Source: Burkholderiaceae bacterium
Lineage (GTDB): Bacteria; Patescibacteriota; Saccharimonadia; Saccharimonadales; AQU-01
NCBI GenBank assembly: GCA_043788365.1
Contig: JAYVTZ010000005.1
Location: 13,249-77,248, forward strand
Direction: 5' to 3'
Length of the DNA: 64,000 nucleotides
Shown in pieces: positions 7,239 to 15,914 of this stretch. The position numbers and the translations under genes were made by a program. A model generated the notes under the pieces. The model was given only the letters and a program-made list of their open reading frames with translations, did not search any database and was not told the origin of the DNA. Positions within the stretch are counted from its first letter, which is position 1; every line of letters starts with the position of its first letter.

Positions 7239-7607
7239 TTAGCCCTTCAGACGAAGGGCTTTTATTAATCCTACAAGTTGTTTATGAATTATCTCTGTTA
7301 GATTAGCTACTTCTTTAGCTTCTTCTAAGTTCAAGTAGCCTAAATCTTTTGATAATAGAATTTGGCTTTGAACTTCAGACACGGAGCCCAGTGATATACT
7401 ATAAAACTGGATTTTCTCTTTGAGTGATATTCTATTAAATCCCTCTGCAATGTTTGACGGAACGGATACAGATGCGCGGCGAACTTGATTCGTAAGCCCA
7501 AATTGCTCATCTTTTGGAAAATGCTGTGTAACTCTGTACACAAGTAAAGCTAACTTATGAGATTCCTGCCAAACATTTAAATCACTAAACTGTTTGCTAG
7601 TTGCCAT
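7239..7607 (-). CDS. Four-helix-bundle protein of the family typically encoded in 23S rRNA intervening sequences
   Basis: FSDLNVWQESHKLALLVYRVTQHFPKDEQFGLTNQVRRASVSVPSNIAEGFNR is the hallmark sequence of this family. Confidence 0.85.
   Translation of the reverse strand: MATSKQFSDLNVWQESHKLALLVYRVTQHFPKDEQFGLTNQVRRASVSVPSNIAEGFNRISLKEKIQFYSISLGSVSEVQSQILLSKDLGYLNLEEAKEVANLTEIIHKQLVGLIKALRLKG
7241..7266 (+). terminator. Intrinsic terminator of rpmB (lies inside the 3' end of the convergent CDS)
   Basis: AGCCCTTC-AGAC-GAAGGGCT followed by TTTTATT. Confidence 0.6.
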
Positions 7608-7615
7608 TGCCTTAC

Positions 7616-7645
7616 CTTGTCTACTGTCTATCGTCTACAGTCTAC
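7616..7645. repeat. Right arm of heptad-array inverted repeat
   Basis: CTTGTCTACTGTCTATCGTCTACAGTCTAC. Its reverse complement is GTAGACT GTAGACG ATAGACA GTAGACA AG. Confidence 0.8.
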
Positions 7646-8274
7646 CCCTGTCGTGTTAAGACGACAAGCTGCGTAACATCACTAATAAAATCAGCCGATT
7701 TTAGCTTCAGTTTCTCAACCGTTTCGCGCGGTTCCATGGCAAGTTCTTTGATAGCCGTTTCTAGATCCTGCTGAGGTACTGGGAAGTTGATAGCCTTATC
7801 GGCATAGTGGGTTGGGATGACCAATTTTGGCTCAATTTTCTTGATTAGTTTAAGCGCGCCAACTGGGTCGAGAGTATAGCCATTACCGCCAACTGGTACT
7901 AGTAAAACATCGACAGTGCCGATAGCTTCAAGTTGTTCGTCGCTGAGTTCTGGATAGATGTGACCGAGGCTAACTAGACTGACATCGTCAATAATCACTT
8001 TAAAAATCGTCGCTGAGGTCTTGCCGGCTTCGTCCATGTGGCTACGAGCGACAACGCCCTGAATCGATACGTCTGACACTTCATACTCACCGGGTTGATC
8101 GATGGCGACCTTAACATCTTGGGTTGGTAGTGGATGCTCAACGCTAAAGATGACGATATCGCCGGCTTTAGTAACTGATTTTAGGCCGAGCTCAGCAAGG
8201 TTATCGTCAATCGTGACGGTCGCCTTTTTACCAGTAATTTTGACACAGTTAGCTCCGTAAAATTGTAGATCCAT
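7642..8274 (-). CDS. MBL-fold metal-dependent hydrolase (UPF0173-like)
   Basis: N-terminus MDLQFYGANCVKITGKKATVTIDD and later VDVLLVPVGGNGYTLDP...VIPTHY are typical of this small beta-lactamase-fold family. Confidence 0.75.
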   Translation of the reverse strand: MDLQFYGANCVKITGKKATVTIDDNLAELGLKSVTKAGDIVIFSVEHPLPTQDVKVAIDQPGEYEVSDVSIQGVVARSHMDEAGKTSATIFKVIIDDVSLVSLGHIYPELSDEQLEAIGTVDVLLVPVGGNGYTLDPVGALKLIKKIEPKLVIPTHYADKAINFPVPQQDLETAIKELAMEPRETVEKLKLKSADFISDVTQLVVLTRQG

Positions 8275-8279
8275 TGTAT

Positions 8280-8891
8280 TTACTCCTTATCTTTTTTGTT
8301 AGCTGCAACTAGTTTGTCGACGATAATTTGCTTCTTGGCCGACATGACATTTGATAAAAATCTATCTTTGACTTCACGACGATAGTTAAAGTCGCTGAGC
8401 GTCATGACTGTAAAGCGTAGTTCCTTGCCCTCTTTTTCTTCAAGCTCGGCAATAAACTTAGTTAACTTAGTCTGATTAATATCACCAACGATTAATACAT
8501 CGGTGCCGCTAGCTTCGTCGCGGGTCAGTACACCAGTATAGATTGCATATTCAACGTTGCCAATGGCGTGAATCCCAGTCACATCTTCTTCAGGTGCATC
8601 GTTAGAGGCGGCCTTGGATTTCTTTTTTGGTGTGGTCGGAGTTCCAAAAATTGCCGATAAGGCCGCGTAATAATCGTAGTCCTGATTGACTTCATAATAT
8701 AGCCGATTATTGGTGCTGTCGGACGTAATAATGCCAATACTAAGTAGGTTTGCTAGTTCGCGCCTAACCGAGTTAATCTGCTCGTCAATTTTGCGCGTTA
8801 TCTCACGTACATAAAAAGACCGGTTCGGGTTACCGTAAAATAAGTTAAGTAGCTTAACACGCGTCTTTGACCCAAATAGTTGCTCAATCAT
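8280..8891 (-). CDS. Winged-helix (ArsR-like) transcriptional regulator-like protein
   Basis: N-terminus LFGSKTRVKLLNLFYGNPNRSFYVREITRKIDEQINSVRRELANL is a wHTH signature. Confidence 0.7.
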   Translation of the reverse strand: MIEQLFGSKTRVKLLNLFYGNPNRSFYVREITRKIDEQINSVRRELANLLSIGIITSDSTNNRLYYEVNQDYDYYAALSAIFGTPTTPKKKSKAASNDAPEEDVTGIHAIGNVEYAIYTGVLTRDEASGTDVLIVGDINQTKLTKFIAELEEKEGKELRFTVMTLSDFNYRREVKDRFLSNVMSAKKQIIVDKLVAANKKDKE

Positions 8892-9062
8892 GCTTCTATT
8901 GTAACAGACTACCTTGGCTTTACCACTCTATTTGTTCAACTATTTTATTACGGCTAACAGTGGTGATGCAGGCACTGAACACGATAGTTGATATATGCCT
9001 GTCGCCAAACATCGTCCTAGAACAAACAACTTATTTTTGAACAAATAGGCTATAGTTTAATA

Positions 9063-10277
9063 ATGCAAAGTGATGACTCAGCAAAAAAATTAAATCGTAA
9101 TATTACTCTTTTTGGTGTCTACAAAATATTTACAAAACGAGTTTTTATTCCACTTACAACTATTTATGCGACTCAGCAAGCCGGTCTCAATATCCAACAG
9201 ATTGGTTTCACTACAGCAATCGCATCAGTAACTAGCCTCCTGCTTGATACCACAACTGGCTACTGGGCAGATGTTCACGGGCGTAGAAAAAGTGCTCAAG
9301 TTGGTTCAATTGCCGCCGCACTGTCTACTCTTATGTATGTTTTTAGCACAAACTTCATAGGCATCCTATCGGCATCAATTGTTATGGCGATAGGCTATTC
9401 GTTTATGAATGGTGCAATTGAGGCATTAATCCACGATACTCTGGTTTCACTTGGCCAAGAAGGTAGCTATTCAAAAGTAGCTTCAAGAGCACAATCCTTA
9501 AGTTTAGTCATAAATGCCGTCTTCGTTAGTCTCGTGACCTTGCTTTACCCAATCGACAGGCGCTTACCTTTTGTTGTCGGTTTCTTGGCATACTGCTCGC
9601 TTTATATCGTTTCATCAATGTTTACAGAGCCTCACATAGTGCATGAAGTTACTCAGGTTAAACTCAACTTTATAAAAGCCGTCAGAATGCTTTTGACAAG
9701 GAATACTGGACTATTTTTCTTTTGTGTTGGTCTGGCCTACGCAGTATCTACGGGTACGACTGATGTATTCAACCTAGCATTAATTAAGCTGGGGATGCAG
9801 CCAAGATTCTTGGGCATTATATTCGGAGGCACAAGCCTTATTGGCGCCATACTAGGAATCTGGGTGCACAACCTCAAGCGGCTAAGCTTCAAACAATACG
9901 CAACATTCGATGTCACGATAAATTTGATGCCTTTTTTGGTGTATGGACTAGCCCGAAATCTGCCGCTGGCAATTTTAATATTTGTTATTAATTTTAGTTT
10001 TTGGCGTTATGAATCAATAATCTATCAACACTATGTGCTTGAGATTTATGGCACTAGTCGTTATAAAGCGACGATTGTATCACTTATGACAAACTTCCGC
10101 TCGCTTCATGAAATATGGATTGCCTTGGCAATAACCAGTGCCGCGAAACACTTCGGAATCCTGAATAGCATTGCCTACAGCTCGATATTTATTGTATTGT
10201 TCTTGCCCTTATTCTTGTTTTCAATCAGCCAGTTTTCTGCCCATGCTCGAGCCGATGTAAAATCGTTGGCCCAATAG
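9063..10277 (+). CDS. MFS-type transporter
   Basis: About 12 predicted hydrophobic segments. The DVHGRRK loop motif is typical of MFS. Confidence 0.8.
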   Translation: MQSDDSAKKLNRNITLFGVYKIFTKRVFIPLTTIYATQQAGLNIQQIGFTTAIASVTSLLLDTTTGYWADVHGRRKSAQVGSIAAALSTLMYVFSTNFIGILSASIVMAIGYSFMNGAIEALIHDTLVSLGQEGSYSKVASRAQSLSLVINAVFVSLVTLLYPIDRRLPFVVGFLAYCSLYIVSSMFTEPHIVHEVTQVKLNFIKAVRMLLTRNTGLFFFCVGLAYAVSTGTTDVFNLALIKLGMQPRFLGIIFGGTSLIGAILGIWVHNLKRLSFKQYATFDVTINLMPFLVYGLARNLPLAILIFVINFSFWRYESIIYQHYVLEIYGTSRYKATIVSLMTNFRSLHEIWIALAITSAAKHFGILNSIAYSSIFIVLFLPLFLFSISQFSAHARADVKSLAQ

Positions 10278-11095
10278 ATATCCTGACTACGCTTGAACCA
10301 GGTACGCTGGCGTTTCGCATATTGGCGCGTAGCGACAATTAGCGCTTGGCGCAGGTCCTCGTTGTCTTTTGGTACGCTCATGTGTTCATCCAGCCGACCG
10401 GCAATGACTTTGTAGCCAATTGCATCCCAATATGCCGGTGGGTATCCATATTTATTTATCACTGCCTTAACCTCGTCAATAAATCCATCTTCCAACATTT
10501 GATCTACCCTAACCTCTATTCGCTCACTTAATTCTTCTGTAGAGACATCAATGCCAATCAGGAGCGTATTTGGCCTAAGTTTTCTTGGCTGGCTTACCAT
10601 GCCGCCAGACTCTAGGGAGCGAATTAAGTGTCTTGGGTTTTGTAAGTTACTGGGCATGGTTATTCCCTTTTTAATTATTTCTGTTTGGAGATCTTCGACA
10701 GATTTTTTGGCAAGTCGTTTACGCAGTTCTGGGTCGGCAGCGTTACTAAACTCAAAATCAAAAATCACCGCATCAATATATAGTCCAGTGCCACCGACCA
10801 TTATCGGCATTTTGCCACGGCTGGTAATGTCATCTATCGCCTTATTGGCTAAAGTTTTAAACTCGGCCGCAGAAAATTGTTCATAAGGATCAATGACATC
10901 GAGTAGATGATGCCTCACCTCAGTTTGGTCTTGTTGACTCGGCTTGGCAGTGCCTATATTCATATCACGCCGAATAGTTTGTGAATCAGCACAAATAATC
11001 TCACCATAAAACTGTTTAGCTAGCTCCATAGCCAGCGCCGACTTTCCCGAGGCAGTTGGACCAACTACTACAATTAACGGCTTTATTTCGTTCAT
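10175..11095 (-). CDS. miaA: tRNA dimethylallyltransferase
   Basis: VVVGPTASGKSALAMELA P-loop, MVGGTGLYIDA, and YAKRQRTWFK. Confidence 0.92.
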   Translation of the reverse strand: MNEIKPLIVVVGPTASGKSALAMELAKQFYGEIICADSQTIRRDMNIGTAKPSQQDQTEVRHHLLDVIDPYEQFSAAEFKTLANKAIDDITSRGKMPIMVGGTGLYIDAVIFDFEFSNAADPELRKRLAKKSVEDLQTEIIKKGITMPSNLQNPRHLIRSLESGGMVSQPRKLRPNTLLIGIDVSTEELSERIEVRVDQMLEDGFIDEVKAVINKYGYPPAYWDAIGYKVIAGRLDEHMSVPKDNEDLRQALIVATRQYAKRQRTWFKRSQDIYWANDFTSARAWAENWLIENKNKGKNNTINIEL

Positions 11096-11706
11096 GTCTT
11101 AGCTATCTTAATGGATTTTCTATGAGGCGAGATCCGCAGCAAGCTATTGATGATAAGTGAGTGTGATATTTGAGTAATCGCCACGACAAGTGTTACGGCG
11201 TTATAGTTTCTTATAGATAGAATCAGTAAGATGCAGGCTACAAAATTTATTTCCCAAGCTAATTTACTCTCTGTTTCTGGGTCATGCCAACTTTTGTAAA
11301 TAACTGGGACAATCGCGATCCAATCAACCAATGTAAGTAAATAAACGGCGTTGCTGGCGCGTTTTGTAATCCACCAAACTATTAAACTTGTGACCGCTAA
11401 TAATACACTTACTGGGTCAAGAATCGACCATTTTCGGTAACCATACTTAATAGACAATGCAAATATTATTCCAGAAGCTAGTAGACCAGCCAGAATATAA
11501 GGTAGATTCGTCCTAACGCCAGCAAAATATGATGACAGCAAAAGCGATATACTAACTAAAGTCCAAATACCAGAAGAGGTAGTGCTGGGCTTAATCTTGC
11601 CTTTAAAGACCCCTATAATGATTGGCAAAAGCACTGTGAATTGCAGAATCCCAGATAGAGTTGCAAAAATGTTTGATAGGCTCATAGGCTGCCACCCGAC
11701 GACCAC
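11092..11706 (-). CDS. Hypothetical polytopic membrane protein
   Basis: 204-aa ORF with about 6 hydrophobic helices. 4-nt overlap with the miaA start. Confidence 0.6.
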   Translation of the reverse strand: MVVGWQPMSLSNIFATLSGILQFTVLLPIIIGVFKGKIKPSTTSSGIWTLVSISLLLSSYFAGVRTNLPYILAGLLASGIIFALSIKYGYRKWSILDPVSVLLAVTSLIVWWITKRASNAVYLLTLVDWIAIVPVIYKSWHDPETESKLAWEINFVACILLILSIRNYNAVTLVVAITQISHSLIINSLLRISPHRKSIKIAKT

Positions 11707-12005
11707 ATCTTAGAATTAATATCTACTTTAATATCATCTGCAAACAAATGACCTTCAGCTTCAAGAGCTTGTTTGTGTCCTTCAATCCCGCCGTAATACC
11801 CCTCAGCCAAACTACCGTCCTTTTTGACCACTCTCTGCCACGGCAAGTCAGTTGGTCCATTATGAGCAATACCCCCGACAATTCGAGCTGCCCGCGGGCT
11901 ACCACAAAGCGCCGCGATTTGACCATAAGTCATTACCCTGCCTTTTGGAATCTGCGCCACCAAGGCATAAACCCTGTCCCGAAAGCCGTTATCAACCTCT
12001 TTCAT
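11682..12005 (-). CDS. Alkyltransferase-like (ATL) protein, MGMT-family DNA-binding domain without the acceptor cysteine
   Basis: YGQIAALCGSPRAARIVGGIAHNG...PWQRVV. The PCHR active-site Cys is replaced by Trp, as in ATL proteins. Confidence 0.8.
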   Translation of the reverse strand: MKEVDNGFRDRVYALVAQIPKGRVMTYGQIAALCGSPRAARIVGGIAHNGPTDLPWQRVVKKDGSLAEGYYGGIEGHKQALEAEGHLFADDIKVDINSKMWSSGGSL

Positions 12006-12010
12006 GGGAG

Positions 12011-13855
12011 TTAAAATGAGGTCTTATTGACTCTTGATTTGGCTTCATTAGCGACCGTCGACAGAAATTCCTCTATGGCTACAGCTTTGTGCTCTGGCTG
12101 AACTTCCAAATCTTTGCGGATTCGCGGCATTAGGTCGCCACCGGCTAGTTCCTTCTCGCCAATGACTACCGTATAGGGTACTTTCCACATCTCGGCGGCG
12201 CGGATTTTCTTACCGACTGATTCGTTGTCGTTGTCGACTTCGACTCTTACACCTAGTTCGTTTGCCTTGTCAGCCATTTTCTTAGCAAACTCAACCGTCG
12301 CATCTTCCTGATTAACAGTAATCAGTCTGACCTGCTCGGGCGCTAGCCAAACCGGGAACTTACCAGCAGTGTGTTCGATGTAAACTGACAAAAATCGCTC
12401 AAACGAACCCAGTAGCGCCTTATGAATCATGACCGGCCGTTGCATCGAACCATCAGCGGCGGCATATTCTAATTGGAAGCGCTCCGGTTGAACAAAATCT
12501 AGCTGTTCGGTCGCCAATTGCCACTCACGGCCAAGGGCATCAGTCGCCATAATGTCGATTTTAGGACCATAGAAAGCTGCCTCACCGACACCTACAAAGT
12601 AATCAAGTTCGAGTTTCTTGGCGACGTCCTCAAGAGTTTTCTGGGCGCTATCCCAAAGGTCTTTCTCGCCTAAATATTTATCAGAATCGTCACGGAAACT
12701 TAGGCGGGCCCGCCACTTTAGTCCAAAGACTTTATACATATCCTGAATCATCGTCATGATAGATGTAAATTCCTCCTCAATCTGATCAACTCTACAAAAT
12801 ACGTGAGCGTCATCTTGAGTAGCACCACGTACTCTTGATAAGCCGTGTAGCTCACCATTCTTTTCGTCACGATAAACTACGGTGTTCTCCATGTATCTTA
12901 TCGGTAAATCACGGTAGCTTCGCGGCCTAGATGCGTAAATCTGGGTATGGTGCGGGCAATTCATCGGTTTCATCATGAACTCGTCATCAGACTCATAACT
13001 TGTGACCGTGAAACGTTCTGGATATTTGTCGAAGTGACCTGAAGTTTTATATAGATCAACCTTGGCAATATGAGGAATGGCAACTTTTTGATAACCGGCC
13101 TGCTTTTGCAATTCTTGCGAGAAAGCGCCAATCTCATCTCTTAAGATTGTGCCTCTAGGTGTAAATAACGGTAGTCCTGGTCCGACTAAATCTGAGAATA
13201 CAAACAAATCAAGCTCTTGACCCAGTTTGCGGTGATCACGCTTCTTGGCTTCTTCGAGCATTTCAAGATGAATTCTTAGTTCTTTTTCATTATTAAAGGC
13301 TATACCGTAAAGTCTCTGCATCTGAGCATTTTTGTCATTACCGCGCCAATAAGCACCACTCACACGCATTAATTTGAATGCCCCGACTTTACCGGTTGAT
13401 TCAAGGTGTGGACCTCGACATAGATCTGTAAAATCACCATTAGTATAGAAAGAAACTCTGTCTACTTGAGCTTCGCCGCCACTAATTGTACCCAGTTCAT
13501 CAGCGTCTAAATCCTTAGCAACCGTTGTTCCAGCCCTTTTGAGGTCATTTAACAGCTCTTCCTTATAAGGCTGGTGTTTTTCCTTCGCCCAGGCAATCGC
13601 CTCGTCTATCGGCTTTTCTGTGCGTTCAAACGGTTGATTATCAGCTATGACCTTCCTCATCTCGTCCTCAATCCGGCTGAGGTCCTCTTCTGAGATGCTT
13701 TGCTCGCCTAGATCAATATCATAATAAAAACCATGCTCAACCACTGGGCCAACGCCAAATTTAGCCTCTGGCCAAAGGTGTTGAACAGCCGTAGCGGTAA
13801 TATGCGCCAAACTATGTCTCATTGCATGTAAATTGTCATCTTGATTGTCTGCCAT
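12011..13855 (-). CDS. thrS: Threonyl-tRNA synthetase
   Basis: Full-length ThrRS-like sequence with second-additional-domain HxxxH (MRHSLAHITA), class II core (FRDE..., GATQDDAHVF), and anticodon-binding C-terminus. Confidence 0.95.
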   Translation of the reverse strand: MADNQDDNLHAMRHSLAHITATAVQHLWPEAKFGVGPVVEHGFYYDIDLGEQSISEEDLSRIEDEMRKVIADNQPFERTEKPIDEAIAWAKEKHQPYKEELLNDLKRAGTTVAKDLDADELGTISGGEAQVDRVSFYTNGDFTDLCRGPHLESTGKVGAFKLMRVSGAYWRGNDKNAQMQRLYGIAFNNEKELRIHLEMLEEAKKRDHRKLGQELDLFVFSDLVGPGLPLFTPRGTILRDEIGAFSQELQKQAGYQKVAIPHIAKVDLYKTSGHFDKYPERFTVTSYESDDEFMMKPMNCPHHTQIYASRPRSYRDLPIRYMENTVVYRDEKNGELHGLSRVRGATQDDAHVFCRVDQIEEEFTSIMTMIQDMYKVFGLKWRARLSFRDDSDKYLGEKDLWDSAQKTLEDVAKKLELDYFVGVGEAAFYGPKIDIMATDALGREWQLATEQLDFVQPERFQLEYAAADGSMQRPVMIHKALLGSFERFLSVYIEHTAGKFPVWLAPEQVRLITVNQEDATVEFAKKMADKANELGVRVEVDNDNESVGKKIRAAEMWKVPYTVVIGEKELAGGDLMPRIRKDLEVQPEHKAVAIEEFLSTVANEAKSRVNKTSF

Positions 13856-13860
13856 TTCTT

Positions 13861-14047
13861 GGCCTCCTTGTTTATAGAAATAAAAATCGCGCTAACTTTA
13901 GTCGTATGACATCTGTTATGCGCGTCTCGGGTCCGACATGATTGTCAGACGGTTCCACCGGACTTTCACTCATGATACTCGTGTTATCGCACACTGTAAC
14001 CGCTGGCGAAGCTCCATGGTTGGTGAGTCCACTTCAAAGCTTAAATA
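13861..14047 (-). promoter_or_regulatory. Candidate T-box riboswitch leader of thrS (Thr ACC specifier, antiterminator/terminator)
   Basis: In thrS sense: T-box core GUCCGGUGGAACCGUC. Antiterminator A1 13963-13958/13930-13924, 7-nt bulge UGGAACC 13957-13951, A2 13950-13944/13937-13931. Terminator CGCGCAUAAC...GUUAGCGCG + AUUUUUAUUU (13924-13878) lies just upstream of SD AAGGAGG. ACC followed by A sits in a hairpin loop at 14024-14021. Confidence 0.55.
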
Positions 14048-14114
14048 CAGTTTACCACAGTTACATAGTCTAAATTAAACCAATCGGAGGCTAAACACGC
14101 AGCGGTAAACTTCG

Positions 14115-14149
14115 TTGCAAGGTTTCTCCCTGCTACAAGGAGTATCCTC
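14115..14149 (+). repeat. Copy 2 of the conserved dual semi-palindrome element
   Basis: TTGCAAGGTTTCTCCCTGCTACAAGGAGTATCCTC. Same 18-bp unit spacing as copies 1 and 3. Confidence 0.65.
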
Positions 14150-14664
14150 ACTCTCTGTTGTTTTAAATTCACTTCCGGTACCAAGCCAAATAAAAAACTG
14201 GTTAAAAGTTCTCGCAATTACTTTCAACCAGTTAATCTTTTGTTTCTACCCTATTTTTGGGGCTCAAAAACACCTTTGCAAAACGTCACCTTCAGATAGC
14301 TTACCAGCATAAGTACTATAAGGCTAGTACTTTAGTGTTGTTTTTTATGCATTATTAACTGTTCATAAGTTTATCTCATATATGACAAGCTGTATTATCC
14401 TGCCACACTGCTTATGGTATATTCCGCCTGTTCTCTTAATTCAAAATTGCGACAGTTTGTTCGCTTTTTTATAAATCAGCCTTGATGATAAGGGGTAAAT
14501 CAGGTATATTTAACTTTGTCCTTGGTCTAACCCAATTGATTAAACCAAGCGAGCTCGCTCGCTGTTTGAGCAATTGAGAGGAGATGGCTTGATGTGATGA
14601 CAAGAATTGACGGGCAAATTTATTTTGCCGACGATTCAGTTATCGTACCATTACACATCGACGA

Positions 14665-14684
14665 GGGCGATTAGCTCATTTGGC
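14665..14684 (+). pseudogene. Orphan copy of the first 20 nt of tRNA-Val
   Basis: GGGCGATTAGCTCATTTGGC is identical to 14774-14793. An inverted 18-nt copy of the D-arm region lies at 14718-14735. Confidence 0.8.
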
Positions 14685-14773
14685 GTGGCACAAGCCACAA
14701 AATCAAAATGTGCGCCTGGCGCTCTAGCCAAATGATTTAACAACTACTTCAGTCAGCCTACCAGAGTAAATCT

Positions 14774-14850
14774 GGGCGATTAGCTCATTTGGCTAGAGCG
14801 CCACATTGACGTTGTGGAGGTGAAAGGTTCGAATCCTTTATCGCCCACCA
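14774..14850 (+). tRNA. tRNA-Val (anticodon GAC), CCA encoded
   Basis: Hand-folded cloverleaf: GGGCGAT/ATCGCCC acceptor, GCTC/GAGC D-stem, CCACA-TTGACGT-TGTGG anticodon arm, AAAGG-TTCGAAT-CCTTT T-arm, A73, CCA. Confidence 0.9.
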
Positions 14851-14859
14851 ATTAAAAAT

Positions 14860-14882
14860 CCACCGCTGCGGTGGTTTTTTAA
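14860..14882 (+). terminator. Intrinsic terminator after tRNA-Val
   Basis: CCACCG-CTG-CGGTGG followed by TTTTTT. Confidence 0.8.
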
Positions 14883-14918
14883 TTAGCGCATAACTGTTTA
14901 TATCTAACCCAGATCAAC

Positions 14919-15914
14919 TCAAGCATCAACCAGTGACTCTCTCACGGTATCCATTGCTAGTCCGTCATCTCCGTCATATAGGGCATCAATAATATTTCGC
15001 GTTCCGAGTATAAAGTCTTCGCTGCTGTATTGTTTTCTTCTCAATTCCCTATATAGACCTGGTGACAAATCATCAATTTTTCGCACGACAGCACGTAGTG
15101 ATTCTGTGTCTTTTCTTGCGTCAAGCATGGCATCGACAATTTCTGGGTCCTTGGCACCCATAAGCTCAATGCCATATGCGGCATGGCTTGGGACGCTGAG
15201 GTTAAACCCCCTACCATGACCCCGATATAAGTACCATCCGGGTTGTTGATGTTTTTCGCTCCCGAGCTCAACCACTTCAATTTTTTCTTGTTGTATTAGC
15301 CCCTCAGGTAGGCCAGCTGCGAGCCTTAAGTAGCGATTACTGAGCGTCTCAGCGATACCCTCTTCAAAGTAAGAACCAACAAACTGATTGCCCTTGCCCT
15401 GAACAGCCATTCCTATACGAGCCGCCTCAACAACTTTGCTTTCACCCTTTCCATGTAGAACGTATCGGCTTGAGCCAATCTCGTTGTTAGCATGTACAAG
15501 TTCGTGTATTAAGTTTGCCTCAGTAATCTCGGGGCCGCCATTCTTGTCTTCCATCGCCCTATCGCGTAACACATAGGCTAGGTCAGCGACGGGCATATAA
15601 GATCCGTTAATGTTTGGACCGATGTCTCTTCTTATGGTAGCCCCAAGCTCCTGCCTAAGGCTTGAGTCAATAACCACATAAGGCCTTATAGCCATACTAT
15701 GATCATTCAAAAACTTACTTACTCGCTCAATGTTCATGCCTGAGGTGTCGTTATCAAAATTAATCCGAACTCGCTGTCTCCTTTGTTCTGCTAACGATAG
15801 CGCAAAATCAATGTCAGCCCTACCTGCAGGCTGTATTTTTAAGGTCGTGTCATTACGCAACCACACTGAATAAACATCGGCCCCGCCCGACTCTAGTTCT
15901 GTCGGGCTAGGCAT
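14919..15914 (-). CDS. Hypothetical protein with HExxH zincin-like motif
   Basis: 331-aa ORF with NLIHELVHANNE. 8-nt overlap with the tgt stop suggests co-translation. Confidence 0.65.
   Translation of the reverse strand: MPSPTELESGGADVYSVWLRNDTTLKIQPAGRADIDFALSLAEQRRQRVRINFDNDTSGMNIERVSKFLNDHSMAIRPYVVIDSSLRQELGATIRRDIGPNINGSYMPVADLAYVLRDRAMEDKNGGPEITEANLIHELVHANNEIGSSRYVLHGKGESKVVEAARIGMAVQGKGNQFVGSYFEEGIAETLSNRYLRLAAGLPEGLIQQEKIEVVELGSEKHQQPGWYLYRGHGRGFNLSVPSHAAYGIELMGAKDPEIVDAMLDARKDTESLRAVVRKIDDLSPGLYRELRRKQYSSEDFILGTRNIIDALYDGDDGLAMDTVRESLVDA

Noticed and set aside
14115-14312. 65-aa ORF upstream of tRNA-Val
   Set aside because: It starts inside the conserved dual semi-palindrome element, has no SD, and gives an implausible sequence.
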